Below are positions 1 through 9,409 of a stretch of 64,000 nucleotides of DNA, one piece after another. Position 1 is the first letter of the stretch. Every line of letters starts with the position of its first letter. The notes below the pieces were generated by a model. That model had not been told where the DNA came from, did no database searches, and saw nothing but the letters and a program-made list of their open reading frames with translations. The stretch is taken from assembly GCA_965200315.1 (NCBI GenBank), contig OZ241362.1, forward strand, positions 2,496,001 through 2,560,000, written 5' to 3'. The DNA comes from Candidatus Latescibacterota bacterium. GTDB taxonomy: Bacteria > Latescibacterota > UBA2968 > UBA8231. The position numbers were made by a program, and so were the translations under genes.

Positions 1-1347
1 GACGACCAAGGCCCTTGGGCCGCCGGCTGTTACGGCAACGCGGAAATCCGCACTCCAGCAATCGACCGCATTGCCCATACGGGTATTCGCTTTGACAATT
101 TCTTCGTCGCAACCCCGGTCTGCTCGCCCAGCCGCGCGAGCTTTTTGACCGGGCGGATTCCCTCGCAGCACGGAGTACACGACTGGATCAGAGAGGGCAA
201 CGTCGGCGCGTCCGCAGCCGCCTATCTCGCCGGCGAGGTGGCTTATACCGACATCCTCGCTGCAAACGGCTGGGTCTGCGGGCTAAGCGGCAAGTGGCAC
301 CTCGGGCACAGCCAACTCGCACAGCACGGCTTTTCACATTGGTACGTGCATCAGCAGGGCGGCGGGCCGTACAACGACGCACCCATGATCCGCGACGGCG
401 AACTGATCACCGAGCCGGGCTACGTGACCACGGCAATCACCAACGACGCGCTGGCGTTTATCGATCGGCATGCCGACGGCGACGCGCCCTTTTACCTAGG
501 CGTCCACTACACCGCGCCGCACAGCCCGTGGACGGGCCACCCGCAGGAAATCGTCGATTCCTACGACAACTGCGCGTTCGACTCCTGTCCGCAGGAAGCG
601 ATCCACCCTTGGGCGGTGGGCCACGCGCTGAGTGAGAACTGCTTGGGCAACCGCGAAATGCTCAAGGGCTATTTCGCGGCGGTGACGGCCATGGACCGCG
701 ACATCGGGCGGATTATCGACAAGCTAGAAGAAAGGGGGCTACGCGAGGCCACGCTGATAGTCTTCGCCAGCGACAATGGCTTTAGCTGCGGCCATCACGG
801 TTTCTGGGGCAAGGGCAACGGCACCTATCCGCCGAACATGTACGAGAATTCGATCAAGGTGCCCTTCGTCGTCAGCCACCCCAGCCGCATACCTGCGGGG
901 CGCGTCCAAGCGGGCATGGTCAGTGCCTACGACTTTATGCCGACCTTGCTCGATTATCTAGAACTACCACTACCCGAGGGCCCCAATTTGCCCGGACAAA
1001 GCGCGCTGCCGCTGTTGTTGGGAGCAGACGACACCGGCCGGCAGGAAGTAGTCATCTACGATGAGTACGGGGCGACGCGGATGATGCGAACCAAGGAGTG
1101 GAAGTACGTCCACCGCTATCCAGATGGGCCGCACGAACTCTACGACCTAGCCAACGACCCGGACGAGCGCACCAATCTGGCGGACGATCCCAGCCAAGCC
1201 AAGCGAATCGGCGAGCTAAAGAGGCGACTGGAAGCGTGGTACAAAAGCTACGCAGTGCCCCAACGCGACGGCCGCCACTTCGCGGTGACTGGCAAGGGGC
1301 AACTCAGGCCGGTCGGCACCGGGACCCAACCTTTCGCGCCGGAGTAG
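1..1347 (+). CDS. Sulfatase (arylsulfatase/choline-sulfatase family), 5'-truncated by window edge
   Basis: Frame is open from base 1 (DDQGPW...). Contains the formylglycine motif CSPSR at ~121-135, plus GKWHLG, SDNG and HELYDL..DP.E..NLA. Confidence 0.93.
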   Translation, partial: DDQGPWAAGCYGNAEIRTPAIDRIAHTGIRFDNFFVATPVCSPSRASFLTGRIPSQHGVHDWIREGNVGASAAAYLAGEVAYTDILAANGWVCGLSGKWHLGHSQLAQHGFSHWYVHQQGGGPYNDAPMIRDGELITEPGYVTTAITNDALAFIDRHADGDAPFYLGVHYTAPHSPWTGHPQEIVDSYDNCAFDSCPQEAIHPWAVGHALSENCLGNREMLKGYFAAVTAMDRDIGRIIDKLEERGLREATLIVFASDNGFSCGHHGFWGKGNGTYPPNMYENSIKVPFVVSHPSRIPAGRVQAGMVSAYDFMPTLLDYLELPLPEGPNLPGQSALPLLLGADDTGRQEVVIYDEYGATRMMRTKEWKYVHRYPDGPHELYDLANDPDERTNLADDPSQAKRIGELKRRLEAWYKSYAVPQRDGRHFAVTGKGQLRPVGTGTQPFAPE

Positions 1348-1348
1348 C

Positions 1349-2194
1349 TTACTCCGGCAACACACTCCGCGCCGGCACAAACCCCAACTCCGCTGCAATC
1401 CGCGCAATATCATACACCGGATCCCGCTCGTGCCCCGCCCGCTCGTAATGCGCCATGTCGATCTTCTCAGCATCTGCCCCATACCAAATCCGCATCAACT
1501 CCGGCACCGTACAGGCCACACAGGCCTGCGTCCCCACTGCGTTCAAAATCCGCACCCCCGCCTTGTGAGCGCTCTCCGCCGCCAGCCGGAAGCACCGCAC
1601 CGCATCGCTCAAATACATACACGAAATCGCCCCCATCCCCCACGGCCCCACCGGCCCCGGCTGCCGTCGCTCAGCTACTCTGTCCTCGGGCCAAATCGAA
1701 GCCAGCCTAATATTGATGAAGTCTAAGTCCTCCCGTTGCCGCGCTAGATAGCGGGTCGTCTCCTCCATCATGTATTTGGAAAAACCGTAGCCGTCGCGGT
1801 CGAGACACGGATGCTCGTCCGACATCGGCAGTTCGAGCGGCCGAAAACGCACCGACTGCATCCCGACCGCCGCGATTGACGAGGCCAATGCAAATTTGCT
1901 GCAACCCCGGTCAATCAGATAGCGCAACAAGCCGTAGGTCCCCATGACATTGACCCGCATGAGATCCGCTTCGGCACCCGCGCCCGTCACCGCCCCCAGA
2001 TGGACCAGCGCATCGAAGTCCCACCGGTCCAACCGGTGCAGATCCTCCAGCCGCGTAAAATCGCCAACCACCACCGCCGCCCCCACGACCTCCGTCGGCT
2101 GGCGCGACAGACAAACCACCTCGTGCTCCGCCGCCATATCCGCGGCCAGCGCCCGACCGATAAAACCACTGGTTCCCGTAATCAATACGCGCAT
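1349..2194 (-). CDS. NAD-dependent epimerase/dehydratase (extended SDR)
   Basis: Starts MRVLITGTSGFIG, with YGFSK catalytic motif. ATG at 2194 follows a GGAGG RBS located inside the duplicated segment. Confidence 0.9.
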   Translation of the reverse strand: MRVLITGTSGFIGRALAADMAAEHEVVCLSRQPTEVVGAAVVVGDFTRLEDLHRLDRWDFDALVHLGAVTGAGAEADLMRVNVMGTYGLLRYLIDRGCSKFALASSIAAVGMQSVRFRPLELPMSDEHPCLDRDGYGFSKYMMEETTRYLARQREDLDFINIRLASIWPEDRVAERRQPGPVGPWGMGAISCMYLSDAVRCFRLAAESAHKAGVRILNAVGTQACVACTVPELMRIWYGADAEKIDMAHYERAGHERDPVYDIARIAAELGFVPARSVLPE

Positions 2195-2506
2195 CTCAAC
2201 CTCCCGGCGGCGCGATCCGTTCCAGTACCAAACCTTCGGGGCGCACAAAATCCTTGTAGCGAACCAAAATTTCCGCCCCATTAATGCTGCGCACAAAACC
2301 CGCCCGCGCCTCCAGCTTCTTCACCTCGATCTCGACCCGATTGGCCCCGCGCCTTATCTCCTCGGCTGCCAAGCGAAAGCGAAACCAGTGCGCCGAAAAA
2401 CCCAACGGGGCTTGCACCGCCATATTTCCAGCGAGCTGTAGGGGAATGGTCAATGCGCGCTCGTCGCTGATTTCGGCTTCAGCGCGGGACAGAACCCGGC
2501 CGTTAA
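2191..2506. repeat. 316-bp direct repeat, copy 1 (orphan duplicate of the 3' end of CDS 4354..5925)
   Basis: Matches 4349..4664 at a constant offset of 2158. I see only two differences: 2412 T vs 4570 C, and 2484 G vs 4642 C. Confidence 0.95.
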
Positions 2507-2515
2507 GTTACGGCC

Positions 2516-3838
2516 TTATGCGGCTTTTGCTTCCGGGTCTTGCAATTCTTCTCTATCGAGATCGCCGTTATCAACAAGGCGTGCGGTAACGGCAAGTGGC
2601 GATACATTGAAGTGCTCGGCGGCATCTTGCTGTTTTTCGTCCGAAAAATCATCGTTCAAAAAAGCCAGCAAAGAATGAATTGGGCAAAGGAGCTCACCAG
2701 CAAAAGCACGCTGCATTTTTTGCCGGTACGTGTACGTGCCGGTCGCCGGATGCAGTAATTCGTTGGGGTCGCCCAAAAGACGATCTACGAGAAGGCGGGC
2801 AATCGCAAATCGACGCCCCTGTTCCCAAGCGGACCTCAGTACAACGCGACCTGTTTTCCGGTTCGCGTCGTCGAGTGCAAAGGCGAGACGCCCCGTTGAG
2901 TCTTGCCTAGATAGAACCTGTTCACTGATGCCGCATAATTCGGCCAGCCTAGTGTTTGGGATAGCATCATCGCCCAAATGTTCCTGCCGACGCAGTTGCT
3001 GCGCAGATCCTACTCCCACCTGCCAAGCGGGTACTTGACTGCTATCGACGTGCTGTGATGTCGAGACGCTTTGCACACCATCGCCAGGGCGCGTGTCAAA
3101 CCCAAACTTTCGCGCCACGTCATGCAACCCCAGCGCGGCTTGGTGATCGTCAGCTACAACTTCCGATATGGCGTCTAGCCCAAGGATGTTGCCCTCCGCG
3201 ATCAGTCGCTCAACCAACTCAGGTTCGGCTTCGTCCGGGTCGAAGCCCAAATAGGCTTCAAATCTTCTATAGAGAGAAATAGCCGGATCCTTCCGTTCGG
3301 AACTTAACTCACTCCATATCGTGTGCAGGTCCGTATTCATATAGGTGCATTCTGCAAGGCGGGTTAGGACACGCCCCACAAAATCATCAATGCCGTCCTC
3401 GAATGTCCAAGCCGGAATGGTCGCTATCCCACCCATCGTATAATGAAGCTGTTCCGTCTGCACTACTTCGGACGGCCTTGCGTTAAAAACAATACGAACG
3501 CCATCCGACTTGATGGTGATGTTCGGCCAGAGCCATCCGCCTCCAATACAGGCTAGATCATGCGCTTCGCTCCAATCCGCGTCTCGGCGGCGCTGTCGCG
3601 CGGGCTCCCAGCGCAGGCGCCACCAATGCCACGCTAACCATTCGGCCAATCTGTATGCCGATAGGTTGGCACCGTTTCGTGGGGTATTCGTCTCGCTGTC
3701 AATGGCTTGGGTAAGGCAGGTCTGACCAACGTGGATGCCGAGTTCTCCCAAAGTCGCTTCGTCCTCAGCCGGCTGGAGCGCGGACTTGGAAACTCGATCG
3801 GCCTCACGTAGCCATCGCGATCTAATCCGTAACGTCAT
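2516..3838 (-). CDS. ImmA/IrrE (peptidase M78)-like protein with degenerate metal-binding motif and uncharacterised N-terminal domain
   Basis: C-terminal GRRFAIARLLVD sits where RxRFTxAHELGH is expected, followed by QRAFAGELLCP and AAEHFNVSPLAV, typical of the ImmA/IrrE fold. ATG at 3838 overlaps the upstream stop (ATGA). Confidence 0.7.
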   Translation of the reverse strand: MTLRIRSRWLREADRVSKSALQPAEDEATLGELGIHVGQTCLTQAIDSETNTPRNGANLSAYRLAEWLAWHWWRLRWEPARQRRRDADWSEAHDLACIGGGWLWPNITIKSDGVRIVFNARPSEVVQTEQLHYTMGGIATIPAWTFEDGIDDFVGRVLTRLAECTYMNTDLHTIWSELSSERKDPAISLYRRFEAYLGFDPDEAEPELVERLIAEGNILGLDAISEVVADDHQAALGLHDVARKFGFDTRPGDGVQSVSTSQHVDSSQVPAWQVGVGSAQQLRRQEHLGDDAIPNTRLAELCGISEQVLSRQDSTGRLAFALDDANRKTGRVVLRSAWEQGRRFAIARLLVDRLLGDPNELLHPATGTYTYRQKMQRAFAGELLCPIHSLLAFLNDDFSDEKQQDAAEHFNVSPLAVTARLVDNGDLDREELQDPEAKAA

Positions 3839-4272
3839 TGGCCGCGTCTTTCCCATTCGCTCCGCACGAACTCGGCAAATCTATCGCCATGCTTCATAGG
3901 ATATCCGTGATATTCACCACGCTCGCGATTAGAAAGTTGAGCCTCATATACTATGCCTTCGGCGGAGACTGCCCACACATTCTGGGGCCAGTCTCCACGT
4001 TGTTGTTCACTGACCATTCCACGACGGATGCCCGATTTGAGCAACTCGGCAGCCTCTCGACAGCAGGTGATTCCAGCTCCATCGCAGATAGTCTTGTCGG
4101 GACGCGGAACTGGTCTGGATAAACCCCAAGCCGCAGGGTTGGATTTATGGTACGGACTGGCCTTGTATCTGGCGTCTTGAGCCATCCGTCCGAGTGTATC
4201 TTTGCTGATCGTACCCAGCAGCGCCACCGTGCTTTTCCTTTTCGTCTTGCTGCGTTTCTGGGGATGCTTCAT
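3835..4272 (-). CDS. Small basic hypothetical protein, possible nuclease-type toxin
   Basis: 145 aa from ATG 4272, with motifs YKASPYHK, WPQNVWAV and VYEAQLSN...YHGYP. Translationally coupled to the downstream gene. Function is inferred. Confidence 0.6.
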   Translation of the reverse strand: MKHPQKRSKTKRKSTVALLGTISKDTLGRMAQDARYKASPYHKSNPAAWGLSRPVPRPDKTICDGAGITCCREAAELLKSGIRRGMVSEQQRGDWPQNVWAVSAEGIVYEAQLSNRERGEYHGYPMKHGDRFAEFVRSEWERRGQ

Positions 4273-4348
4273 AATTCGACCGCGAAAGGGCGGCAAGTAC
4301 CAATAGGGACGGTAAAAGCCGTTTTTTCAAAATAACACCCTTGACGCT

Positions 4349-4664
4349 GCATCTCAACCTCCCGGCGGCGCGATCCGTTCCAGTACCAAACCTTCGGGGC
4401 GCACAAAATCCTTGTAGCGAACCAAAATTTCCGCCCCATTAATGCTGCGCACAAAACCCGCCCGCGCCTCCAGCTTCTTCACCTCGATCTCGACCCGATT
4501 GGCCCCGCGCCTTATCTCCTCGGCTGCCAAGCGAAAGCGAAACCAGTGCGCCGAAAAACCCAACGGGGCCTGCACCGCCATATTTCCAGCGAGCTGTAGG
4601 GGAATGGTCAATGCGCGCTCGTCGCTGATTTCGGCTTCAGCCCGGGACAGAACCCGGCCGTTAA
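4349..4664. repeat. 316-bp direct repeat, copy 2 (in-frame 3' end of CDS 4354..5925 plus following ATG)
   Basis: Near-identical to 2191..2506. Confidence 0.95.
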
Positions 4665-5925
4665 AGCGCATTTCGATCTCGTCCTCAATGCAAAAAAAGG
4701 CAAAGCGCAGCGTCAGGATGGCCGGGCGCATCTCGCCGTCGTGCCGGCCACTTTCCACATCGTCGGCCACCCAAATGTCGAGCGCGACCGTCTCGCCCTC
4801 CAAGAGCGGTTCCGGCACTTGGCGCTCCGGCGTAGAAGTATCTTCCCCGATGACCCCTTCGCGCGGCGGCAGCAGGTAGCGCTTGTCGCGCCGGGCGTGT
4901 GCCTGCGGATAGGCCACCTCGCGCAGGATCTGGTACTCGCGCTCGGCCAAGGGCCAAGGCATATAGCCCAAGTACATCCCGGCGAAGCCCTGCCAAGCGA
5001 GGGTCTGGCTGAGGGCGCGGTACATCTCAATGCTCGGCAACCCCACCCGCTCGTCGTAGATTCGGCGCGGCGGCCGATAATACGCCGCGGCACCCGCATC
5101 CTCGGCCACCTCGGCCAGCCACGGTGCCTGAATACTTGGGTCAACCAGCACATGCTCGTCCTGGCCGACGATCCAGTCGAGGCTACCGGCCCGCAGCCAA
5201 GCCGCCACGTCCAGTCCCACCGCGAGATTGTCTGCCTCTTTTAGATGCACCCGCGCCATAAGCGGAATTTTGCGGCCCTGCCGAGCGCCGATTTCCTCGG
5301 CCAATGCCCGCACCCTAGCCACAAACTCGGTCATCAGCGGCGCGTTTTCCTGTATCTCATCCTTTTTGAAATAGAAGTTGTCAAAGCAAAAATCCAGTTC
5401 CAGCCCATCGGGCCGGTAGCCTTCTAACACTTCGCCGATGATGGCTAGCTTGTCCTCCTGTACGGCCTCTTGCGCGTAGTCGTAACACCACTCCGCCCGG
5501 CCCGCGTCGCCAATGCATACCCCAGCCCCGCGCTGCTCCTTGAGCCGCCCTGAACGCTCGTGTCCCGGGCGGGCAGAATCTTGGAGCTTGAGGCTGGGGA
5601 AAACCTGCATCCCCGTCTCTCGACCGCGCTCAATGACGGCTCGCAACTGGTCGGTGCCCAGCTCTTTGGCCACCTCGACCATCCGCATGATCCGCCAGTC
5701 GATGTAGTTTTCCCACACCTCCTTGCCCTGCCCTACCACGCGGCCGATCTCGCTCTGGTGAAAGAAGACGTCGCTATAACCTAATCCCAAAACCAGCAGA
5801 TCTACGCCCGTGCCCAATACCTCATCTACCGGCCAGTTCAGAAGGTGGCGGCTGGCCGGTGGTTCAAGCCGCTTGGCGTGAAAGTGGTGCGCGTCGTTGT
5901 AGTGAATCAAACGAGGTCGGTCCAT
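4354..5925 (-). CDS. Hypothetical protein, probable glycoside-hydrolase-like TIM barrel with C-terminal beta domain
   Basis: 523-aa ORF with RBS (AGGAG). Motifs LIHYND, DYAQEAV and DGLELDF resemble DUF187/GHL-type barrels. Confidence 0.6.
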   Translation of the reverse strand: MDRPRLIHYNDAHHFHAKRLEPPASRHLLNWPVDEVLGTGVDLLVLGLGYSDVFFHQSEIGRVVGQGKEVWENYIDWRIMRMVEVAKELGTDQLRAVIERGRETGMQVFPSLKLQDSARPGHERSGRLKEQRGAGVCIGDAGRAEWCYDYAQEAVQEDKLAIIGEVLEGYRPDGLELDFCFDNFYFKKDEIQENAPLMTEFVARVRALAEEIGARQGRKIPLMARVHLKEADNLAVGLDVAAWLRAGSLDWIVGQDEHVLVDPSIQAPWLAEVAEDAGAAAYYRPPRRIYDERVGLPSIEMYRALSQTLAWQGFAGMYLGYMPWPLAEREYQILREVAYPQAHARRDKRYLLPPREGVIGEDTSTPERQVPEPLLEGETVALDIWVADDVESGRHDGEMRPAILTLRFAFFCIEDEIEMRFNGRVLSRAEAEISDERALTIPLQLAGNMAVQAPLGFSAHWFRFRLAAEEIRRGANRVEIEVKKLEARAGFVRSINGAEILVRYKDFVRPEGLVLERIAPPGG

Positions 5926-5977
5926 GGCTAAGCTCCTAATTTCTACGGGCGCATCGCCTCATAGTGGGTTCGCCGAC

Positions 5978-7093
5978 TTAGTCCTTCTTTTGGGCCAAGA
6001 CTTGGGCCATGTACGGCTGATGGCCTAAGATCGGTTTTTTGTTGTACATCCGCGAGGGATTGGGAATGAGGCGCAGACTGCGGTCGGCCAGCGGCAGTGC
6101 CACCGGCACACATCCCCGCCGGTGCGACTCGCGCACCGCAATGGCCATTTCGAGGACCTTGACGCCGTTCTCGCCGCTGCCCGGCGGGTCTTCACCCCGC
6201 TCCAGTGCGTCGATAATGGCCTTGCAACTAGCCTTGTTGCGGTCCCCAGGCCAGCGCCAGCCCTCGGCGTCGTACCCGCGCTCTCCGCCGTAGATCGGCC
6301 CTTCCGGCAAGACGCCCTCGATTTTTTTTAACTTCTCCCAACTCGCCCCATCGCCTTCGACGTAGCGGTACAAGCCTGCGAGATTGTCGTCTGCGTAGAA
6401 GACTCCGCCCTCACAGGCCACCTCGTAGCCGCGGCCCCGCGCATCCTTGTCGCGGTAGATAAACGCCTCAATTCCATTGGTGAAGCGCACGTATCCAGCC
6501 CCGCCTTGGTCGTGTTCGCTCAGTGGATCGTCGCTGACCCAGCCCGACACCCACGCCACCTCGGCACAGCCAGCAAAGTGGCGCATCAGCGTAAAGCGCT
6601 GGCAGCCGCCACCCGACATCTCCGTGCCCGACCCGCCGAGCAAGGTGATGCGCTTTACCGCTCCTAATTCGCCCGCACCAATGAACTTTAGGGCCTCTTG
6701 ATAGGCCGGCAAGTTGACGTCCAAGTCGCCTGCGCCAAAGGGGATGCGCCGGTGCTTGCACTCGGCGACCATGCGGTCGGCTTCTGAGAGTGAGGCCGCA
6801 ATCGGCTTTTCGCAGAGGATGGCCTGAACCCCGGCTTGAGCGCAGGCGATGACGACCTCCGGGTTGGCACTGACCGGCAGAATCGGCGCGGCAATGTCGA
6901 GCACCTCTTTTTTTAGCATCTGGCGATAATCGGCATAGCCGGGTATGCCCGTGCGCTTTTGAAACAACGCCAAATTCTCTGGGTCTCCATCGGCCACGGC
7001 CACTAACTCCGTGCGTTCGTCGAGCATATAGGCGCGTGCGTGCTGCGTACCTTTGCGCCCAGCCCCGATCAACCCCACGCGATATTTAGCCAT
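5978..7093 (-). CDS. Gfo/Idh/MocA family oxidoreductase
   Basis: MAKYRVGLIGAG and ILCEKPIA. GGAGG RBS precedes ATG 7093. Confidence 0.9.
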   Translation of the reverse strand: MAKYRVGLIGAGRKGTQHARAYMLDERTELVAVADGDPENLALFQKRTGIPGYADYRQMLKKEVLDIAAPILPVSANPEVVIACAQAGVQAILCEKPIAASLSEADRMVAECKHRRIPFGAGDLDVNLPAYQEALKFIGAGELGAVKRITLLGGSGTEMSGGGCQRFTLMRHFAGCAEVAWVSGWVSDDPLSEHDQGGAGYVRFTNGIEAFIYRDKDARGRGYEVACEGGVFYADDNLAGLYRYVEGDGASWEKLKKIEGVLPEGPIYGGERGYDAEGWRWPGDRNKASCKAIIDALERGEDPPGSGENGVKVLEMAIAVRESHRRGCVPVALPLADRSLRLIPNPSRMYNKKPILGHQPYMAQVLAQKKD

Positions 7094-7125
7094 CGTCGGA
7101 ATCCTCCTTAGATATAGTCCATTTC

Positions 7126-8289
7126 TTAGCCGCTCCGCCCTGTCCGCGCCCACAGCAACCCCAGCGTCACCGCCACTGCCACCAACAAGGGCACCGCCAA
7201 GTGATTGAGCCTATTCCAACCCAACATACCCTCCAAAGGGGCCGCCCCGAAACTGGTCAACACCATCAGGCCAAAGACTAGAAAGTCATTGCACGATTGT
7301 ACCCGCGCCTTTTCCTCGGGCCGGTGCGTCATCGCCAACAGCGACGTTGACCCAACGAAAAGAAAATTCCACCCCACTCCCAATAGTGCCAACCCAGCCG
7401 TGTAGTGATAGAGCCCAACACCACTCAAATTGACCGCAATGGAGCACCCAAGCAACGCAATGCCGGCGAACATGATCTGGTGCTCGCCCCAACGCACGAT
7501 TAGGTGTCCAGTAAAAAAAGACGGCACGTACATGCCCAACACATGCCACTGAATAACCCAAGCCGTATCGGCAAAGGAATGCAAATGCCGCTTCATCGCC
7601 AGCGGCGTGGCATTCATCAACAGTGACATCAGCCCCCAAGCAGCCACCGCCCCGATCACTGCCAGTGCGAAATCCGCCTGCCGCGCAATCTCCCGGAGCG
7701 AACGCCCCCCCGCCCGCTGCTCTTCGGCGCTAGGCGCGGGAAAGGAGACAAAGCAGAGCACCGGCAAAACTAGCGCATGAACGGCGGCAATCCCTAAAAA
7801 AGAGCCAGCGAATAGATAGTCGGGAAACCACTCCCGCGACCACGCCGCCAGATTGGAGCCCGATATTGCGGCAATGACGCCCCCGGCCATCACCAGCGAA
7901 ATAGCGCGACTGCGAAAATCCTCGGCGACTACCTCGCCAGCGGCAAAGCGATAATAGGTGGCAAAGCCATTGACCGCACCAATGCCCAACCCACCCAAAC
8001 AAAGCAGCGCAAAATTGCCTTGGTACACGGCCAGACACCCCACCGCACCTCCGAGGATGCCCAACGCCGCACCCAAAGCAAAACCGAGCTTGCGGCCGCG
8101 CCGCTGCATTAGCTGCGCCGCGGGCACCGTCATTATCATCGTGGCCACCGGCGCCAGTGCCAACGGCAGGGTCGCCAGCGTGGGATTGGGCGTCAACCGC
8201 TGGCCGATGAGCGCCATGCTCGAAAGCATGACGAGACTGGCGGTGCGCGAGAGGGCCTCGCATAAAAAGAGCAGCGAAAGATTTTGCAC
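7126..8289 (-). CDS. MFS transporter
   Basis: About 12 hydrophobic segments, with motifs RRGRKLGF, YRFAAGE, HVLGMYVPSFFTG and LGVGWNF. Confidence 0.9.
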   Translation of the reverse strand: MQNLSLLFLCEALSRTASLVMLSSMALIGQRLTPNPTLATLPLALAPVATMIMTVPAAQLMQRRGRKLGFALGAALGILGGAVGCLAVYQGNFALLCLGGLGIGAVNGFATYYRFAAGEVVAEDFRSRAISLVMAGGVIAAISGSNLAAWSREWFPDYLFAGSFLGIAAVHALVLPVLCFVSFPAPSAEEQRAGGRSLREIARQADFALAVIGAVAAWGLMSLLMNATPLAMKRHLHSFADTAWVIQWHVLGMYVPSFFTGHLIVRWGEHQIMFAGIALLGCSIAVNLSGVGLYHYTAGLALLGVGWNFLFVGSTSLLAMTHRPEEKARVQSCNDFLVFGLMVLTSFGAAPLEGMLGWNRLNHLAVPLLVAVAVTLGLLWARTGRSG

Positions 8290-8319
8290 GCTAGTCAGGC
8301 CAGGCGGCCCCGTCGGTGA

Positions 8320-9378
8320 TTATTTTCTGCGCCGCGTCTCCACCGCTGCGGCCAATTCCTCCAACACCTCCACCGTATCCTCCCACCCAATACAGGCATC
8401 GGTAATGCTCTGCCCATAAACCAACTCCGTGCCTGCCTGCTGTTTCTGGTTGCCCTCGATCAGGTGGCTTTCCAGCATCATCCCGAAAACATCCTGCGTC
8501 CCTCCCGCCACCTGCGCGGCAACCGCGTGTGCAACCGCCGGCTGGCGCTTGTGATCTTTGGCGCTGTTGCCGTGGCTGCAATCGATCATCACGCGATGTG
8601 GCAAGCCCGCCTCTTTGAGCTGGGCCGCGGCCGCGTCGACGCTGGCGTGATCGCAATTGGGGCCATCGCTGCCGCCGCGCAAAATCAGATGACAACTCGC
8701 ATTGCCCGAAGTCCCAACAATCGCCGCAATGCCTTGCTTGGTCACCGAAAGAAAGTGATGCGGATGTCGGGCGGCATCGATGGCGTCGCGGGCAATCTGC
8801 ACATTGCCCGCGGTCCCATTCTTGAAGCCAACGGGCATCGACAGCCCAGAAGCCAATTCGCGGTGAACCTGACTTTCCGTAGTGCGAGCACCAATGGCAC
8901 CCCAAGCAATCAAGTCGGCGATAAATTGCGGCGTGATGGTATCGAGGAATTCGGAACCGGCCGGCAAGCCCATATCCCCCAACTGCACCAGCAGGCCGCG
9001 GGCGGCACGCAAGCCGCTATTGATATTGAAGCTGTCGTCCAAATGCGGGTCGTTGATCAACCCCTTCCAGCCAACGGTCGTGCGCGGCTTCTCGAAATAC
9101 ACGCGCATCACCACGTACAACTCGTCGCTTAGGGCCGCAGCCTTTTCCTTGAGCCGTTCTGCGTATTCGAGCGCGGCTTGGGGGTCGTGAATCGAACATG
9201 GGCCGACCACTACCACCAGCCGGTCGTCCTCTCCGGCCAGTATAGCGTCTAATGCGCGCCGGGCCGCAGCCACGGTATGGGAGGCCGCTTCCGAAACGGG
9301 CAATTCTTCCATCAAAATCGCCGGAGGGATCAAGGGTTTAAGTTGGTTGATGCGTAGATCGTCAGTTGATTCAAACAA
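8320..9378 (-). CDS. aroG: 3-deoxy-D-arabino-heptulosonate 7-phosphate synthase, class I-alpha
   Basis: GPCSIHD, RVYFEKPRTTVGWKGLINDP, AIGARTTESQVHRELASG, DCSHGNS and YGQSITDACIGW. Which feedback isoform (aroF/G/H) it is cannot be determined. Confidence 0.95.
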   Translation of the reverse strand: MFESTDDLRINQLKPLIPPAILMEELPVSEAASHTVAAARRALDAILAGEDDRLVVVVGPCSIHDPQAALEYAERLKEKAAALSDELYVVMRVYFEKPRTTVGWKGLINDPHLDDSFNINSGLRAARGLLVQLGDMGLPAGSEFLDTITPQFIADLIAWGAIGARTTESQVHRELASGLSMPVGFKNGTAGNVQIARDAIDAARHPHHFLSVTKQGIAAIVGTSGNASCHLILRGGSDGPNCDHASVDAAAAQLKEAGLPHRVMIDCSHGNSAKDHKRQPAVAHAVAAQVAGGTQDVFGMMLESHLIEGNQKQQAGTELVYGQSITDACIGWEDTVEVLEELAAAVETRRRK

Positions 9379-9409
9379 GTCTTTCTACTCCTTACTAACT
9401 AATTGATGT

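Noticed and set aside
2498-2515. Integron attC-like site (GTTAAGT core within a GGCCGT/ACGGCC mini-hairpin) at the cassette boundary
   Set aside because: Too short, no complementary RYYYAAC/L-box structure, no integrase, and integrons do not make 316-bp duplications.
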